A stretch of DNA of 10,228 nt from a candidate division WOR-3 bacterium (lineage in GTDB: Bacteria > Hydrothermota > Hydrothermia > JBDRYB01). Positions 7,707 through 10,228 of the stretch are shown piece by piece. How positions within the stretch are numbered: position 1 is the first letter of the stretch; every line of letters starts with the position of its first letter. A program made the position numbers and the translations under genes. The DNA is taken from positions 1-10,228 of the forward strand of contig JBDRYB010000041.1 of the NCBI GenBank assembly GCA_039803205.1. The letters are read 5' to 3'. Below the pieces are notes generated by a model that was not told where the DNA came from, ran no database searches, and saw only the letters and a list, made by a program, of their open reading frames with translations.

Positions 7707-7804
7707 AGTTTAACGCTCCAGCTCAAGCTCGTTCAACTTTTCTCATGGCCTCATCCCTTATCCCCAAAGCTCGCGCCCAGGCCATAGCGAAAAACAGCAG
7801 GCTC

Positions 7805-8154
7805 TCCGGGGAGGCCCGTAAGCCGGATTCTGTTTCTTGCGACCATCCATCTTGGCGCGCGGTCTCCCGAGCGCTCGTGCGGCCTACCCGGGGGTTCGTG
7901 GGGCCGGGCCAGCCCCTTATCCCCCCTTATTTGGCCTTGCTCCGGGCGGGGGTTGCCAGCGCAGGGGTTGCCCCTCTGCCTGGTGGGCTCTTACCCCACC
8001 GTTTCACCCTTGCCCTTTCGGGCGGTTTGGTTTCTGTGGCCCTTTCCGTGTCACGGAGGTCTCCCTCCGCGACCCCGGGCGTTACCCGGCGCCCTGCCCT
8101 TCGGAGTCCGGACTTTCCTCTGGCGTAAACCAGCGGCCGCCCAGCCTCCCCGGA
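7805..8154 (-). ncRNA. rnpB: RNase P RNA, bacterial class A
   Basis: The minus strand has GAGGAAAGTCCGGACTCC, GGAAAGGGCCACAGAAA, AGGGTGAAACGGTGGGGTAAGAGCCCACC and AACAGAATCCGGCTTA. P1 is TCCGGGGAGGC (8154-8144) paired with GCCTCCCCGGA (7815-7805). Confidence 0.98.
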
Positions 8155-8164
8155 TGAGCTCTAT

Positions 8165-8193
8165 TTTATAAGGGGTTTCGCATGGAGGATCAA
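8165..8193 (-). promoter_or_regulatory. rnpB promoter
   Basis: TTGATC (8193-8188), 17 nt, TATAAA (8170-8165), about 10 nt before P1. Confidence 0.75.
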
Positions 8194-8342
8194 GAACCGA
8201 GCCTCTTCTCCGCCACCACCATAAGGGGCTCAAATCCTGCTTTTTTCCAAAACCCCTCAGCTATTTTGTTTCTTACTGCAAAATTCAGTGCTATGGATGC
8301 CGCATCCTCGGGCCTCGTTCGCCTTATCGCTAGACCCTTCAT
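8190..8342 (-). pseudogene. Internally deleted GNAT acetyltransferase (50-aa in-frame ORF, not in the supplied track)
   Basis: MKGLAIRRTRPEDAASIALNFAVRNKIAEGFWKKAGFEPLMVVAEKRLGS*. The GNAT N-terminal IRxxxPED motif is joined directly to the C-terminal NxxAxxFWxKxGF motif. The ATG overlaps the upstream TGA (ATGA). Confidence 0.8.
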
Positions 8343-9079
8343 CTCTCAATCCCCGGCCTTCTTGAGATGAGGCGTTTGACCTGTTCCCTGGTCTCTAGCA
8401 GGTTCATCCTCAGCGTCTCAAGGATCTCGGCTATCTCCCCGAGCCTTCCCGGCGCCCTCATGGTCACAGGCCCCTCAAGGTCCCCGAAAGCGATGCGCTT
8501 TGCCTCTTTGGCGAGGCGCCTTGCTGGGAAAACAACCATGCGCAGGAATGTCGCTAGGCCCAGGATCACAACCAAAATCGCGATGCCCAGATTGATCCAG
8601 ATTAAGACAGGCGCGGATGTCCTGGCACGAATGACATCCTGCATGGTATTTTCCAAAAGAAGACTCATTTCCTCCTGTCTTATGGCCGCGCGCATGACAT
8701 ATATCTCCTTTGTCTTCGGCTCTTGCACTGAAAACGCGGAATCCGCGAGGGCGAGGTATTCCTGCCAATTTCGGGCGAATTTTGCCCTGTCGTTAGAGCT
8801 CATTGGGTTGCCTCCCTCGGAAAGCGAGCTGGCCAGACCAGTTGCCATGTCCTTCTCCACCCCGAACCGCTCAATCCAAACCCGCTCGCCGAGGATCTGG
8901 TATTTCTCAAGGAATGTCTGCATCCTGCTGAGCGACCTCTGGAATCGGCTGAGAAGAGCTACTCCCTCCATGTTTCTTTTTGATCTGGCCACCTCATATG
9001 CTATGACATGCCCTTCCCAGACGACCATGGCGCCCAGAGCCAGGTAACAGAACATCAGCAAACCGAAAACCCACCTCAT
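8339..9079 (-). CDS. Two-TM sensor-like membrane protein with C-terminal HAMP domain and no output domain
   Basis: TM1 at the N-terminus, helical extracytoplasmic region, TM2 (LIWINLGIAILVVILGLATFL), then HAMP PARRLAKEAKRIAFGDL..LGEIAEILETLRMNL and a short tail. ATGA overlap with the upstream gene. Confidence 0.88.
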   Translation of the reverse strand: MRWVFGLLMFCYLALGAMVVWEGHVIAYEVARSKRNMEGVALLSRFQRSLSRMQTFLEKYQILGERVWIERFGVEKDMATGLASSLSEGGNPMSSNDRAKFARNWQEYLALADSAFSVQEPKTKEIYVMRAAIRQEEMSLLLENTMQDVIRARTSAPVLIWINLGIAILVVILGLATFLRMVVFPARRLAKEAKRIAFGDLEGPVTMRAPGRLGEIAEILETLRMNLLETREQVKRLISRRPGIER

Positions 9080-10005
9080 CTGAGAACAACCCCCGCATCG
9101 TGCGCCCTGTCTGTTATCGCGGAGAGAACTTCTCTCATCACGCCCGGATCATCCGAAAGATAAGCCTTTGCTCCCGCGTAAAGTGCCCTGTAAAACGGGG
9201 CCATGATCTCATCCGGGTCAACGCCAGGGTCAACCCTGAGCTTCCCCTCCCTTACCTCCACGAGCCCCAGAAATGGGTTGAGAAACGGGCACTCAGAGGA
9301 GCCAACCATCATGGATTCCCTCACGACGAGCTCAAAACCCGCGGCGCCGCTGTGGGCCTTGTGGACCTTCTGATAAACCTCTGAGTAGGTTTCCTCCATC
9401 ATCTTCACCTTCATCTCCCTGGAGAATATCACGCTTTCGGCTTCCAGGGCCCCCGCTGTATTCTGGATGCTCACCCTGCAATCCGTTATCGCCTGTGCCG
9501 CTTTGGCCATGGTCCCTGCCGCACCATCCACGAATACCCCGGCTATCTCACCGAACGAGAGAAATACAACTACCTCGCTCTTCCCTTGGCCCCAGATGAA
9601 TCCAGTAAAACCAGCGGCTTGGAGCTTCTTTACCATCTCGGGCAGGTTCAGCAATTCGCCCGGCAGGTCTTCCGATATGGTCTTCGCCGCGAAATAACCT
9701 ATGATGTGATGGACGAGCTCAGGGTGAACCTCATAGGCATCCATGGTCCCTCTTTCCATTTTCAGAACCCTTTCCAAGATTTCCATCACGGATGAAGGCG
9801 ATTCTAGGCGCCTGCCTATCTCGCCCTCAATGCCTGCACCGACCGCAAAGCCGTTGTCGAGAAAGAGGTAATACCTGCTTCCGCCGGCTGTTATCCGGAC
9901 GAAGCCAGTTCTCTTGCTCTCCTCAAGCCCAGCTATCTCTCTCTGAAGGTTTTTATGACTTACCGATACACCTTCTCTTATCACCGGAAACCTTATCCTG
10001 AACAT
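9076..10005 (-). CDS. Tandem DUF4388/PATAN-like domain protein
   Basis: Two repeats of the L..L....TG..I......F..G....pattern (LEESKRTGFVRIT..YLFLDNGFAVGA; LQAAGFTGFIW..VFLSFGEIAGVF) plus a C-terminal domain containing PFLNPF. Family assignment is from motif recall. Confidence 0.7.
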   Translation of the reverse strand: MFRIRFPVIREGVSVSHKNLQREIAGLEESKRTGFVRITAGGSRYYLFLDNGFAVGAGIEGEIGRRLESPSSVMEILERVLKMERGTMDAYEVHPELVHHIIGYFAAKTISEDLPGELLNLPEMVKKLQAAGFTGFIWGQGKSEVVVFLSFGEIAGVFVDGAAGTMAKAAQAITDCRVSIQNTAGALEAESVIFSREMKVKMMEETYSEVYQKVHKAHSGAAGFELVVRESMMVGSSECPFLNPFLGLVEVREGKLRVDPGVDPDEIMAPFYRALYAGAKAYLSDDPGVMREVLSAITDRAHDAGVVLR

Positions 10006-10012
10006 GAAGAAG

Positions 10013-10043
10013 ATAATATAATGGTAAACGCGTGGAAGATCAA
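10013..10043 (-). promoter_or_regulatory. sigma70 promoter for the PATAN-HAMP-GNAT operon
   Basis: TTGATC (10043-10038), 17 nt, TATATT (10020-10015), with overlapping TATTAT (10018-10013). Confidence 0.75.
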
Positions 10044-10055
10044 GGCCTCGCGTTC

Positions 10056-10228
10056 CTGAGATCTCACACTTTCCTCCCCTCTGAAACCCTTATCCTGCAA
10101 GGCAAGGCTCTCAAACCCTTGGGGCCGTAGTGGCCCAGGGAGGCCCTGATGGATGAAAATATAATCCCGGCCCCAAGGAGGAAGGGCCGGGAAAGGAGAA
10201 AAAATATGACCCTTTCTCCACAAGTATC
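10056..10228 (-). repeat. Right copy of the ~170-bp inverted repeat, truncated by the window end
   Basis: Reverse complement of 78-245 with 3 substitutions and a GCCTT duplication. Confidence 0.9.

Noticed and set aside
7745..8233. ORFs 7745-8128, 7837-8157, 7953-8171, 8051-8233
   Set aside because: Shadow frames over the GC-rich RNase P RNA gene.
8367..9047. 226-aa + strand ORF, and similar antisense ORFs over mgtE, the paralogs, the propeller genes and the PATAN gene
   Set aside because: Antisense to well-supported genes, with no recognisable motifs.
9993..10223. 76-aa ORF in the right repeat
   Set aside because: A chimeric frame produced by the 5-nt duplication, not conserved in frame with the left copy, and it runs across the promoter.

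Overview
Bacterial window, probably from an FCB-group relative such as a WOR-3-like lineage (inferred only from four secreted proteins with T9SS/Por-type C-terminal tails). It contains two tandem Cys-rich DNRLRE-like secreted paralogs (+), mgtE (-), a deleted IS5-family remnant with a G17 tract, two lower-GC beta-propeller secreted proteins (-), two small orphan ORFs (-), the class A RNase P RNA gene (-), and a coupled operon (-) of a tandem DUF4388/PATAN-like protein, a HAMP membrane protein with no output domain, and an internally deleted 50-aa GNAT. The most unusual signal is non-coding. A ~170-bp IS-end-like repeat brackets the window in inverted orientation (78-245, 10056-10228), and a diverged third copy ends at 6809. 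All three copies end in AG exactly 12 nt upstream of the -35 box of a 17-bp-spaced sigma70 promoter, and these promoters share TTGAnnnTCC. This points to a promoter-targeting mobile element or a mobile promoter module.
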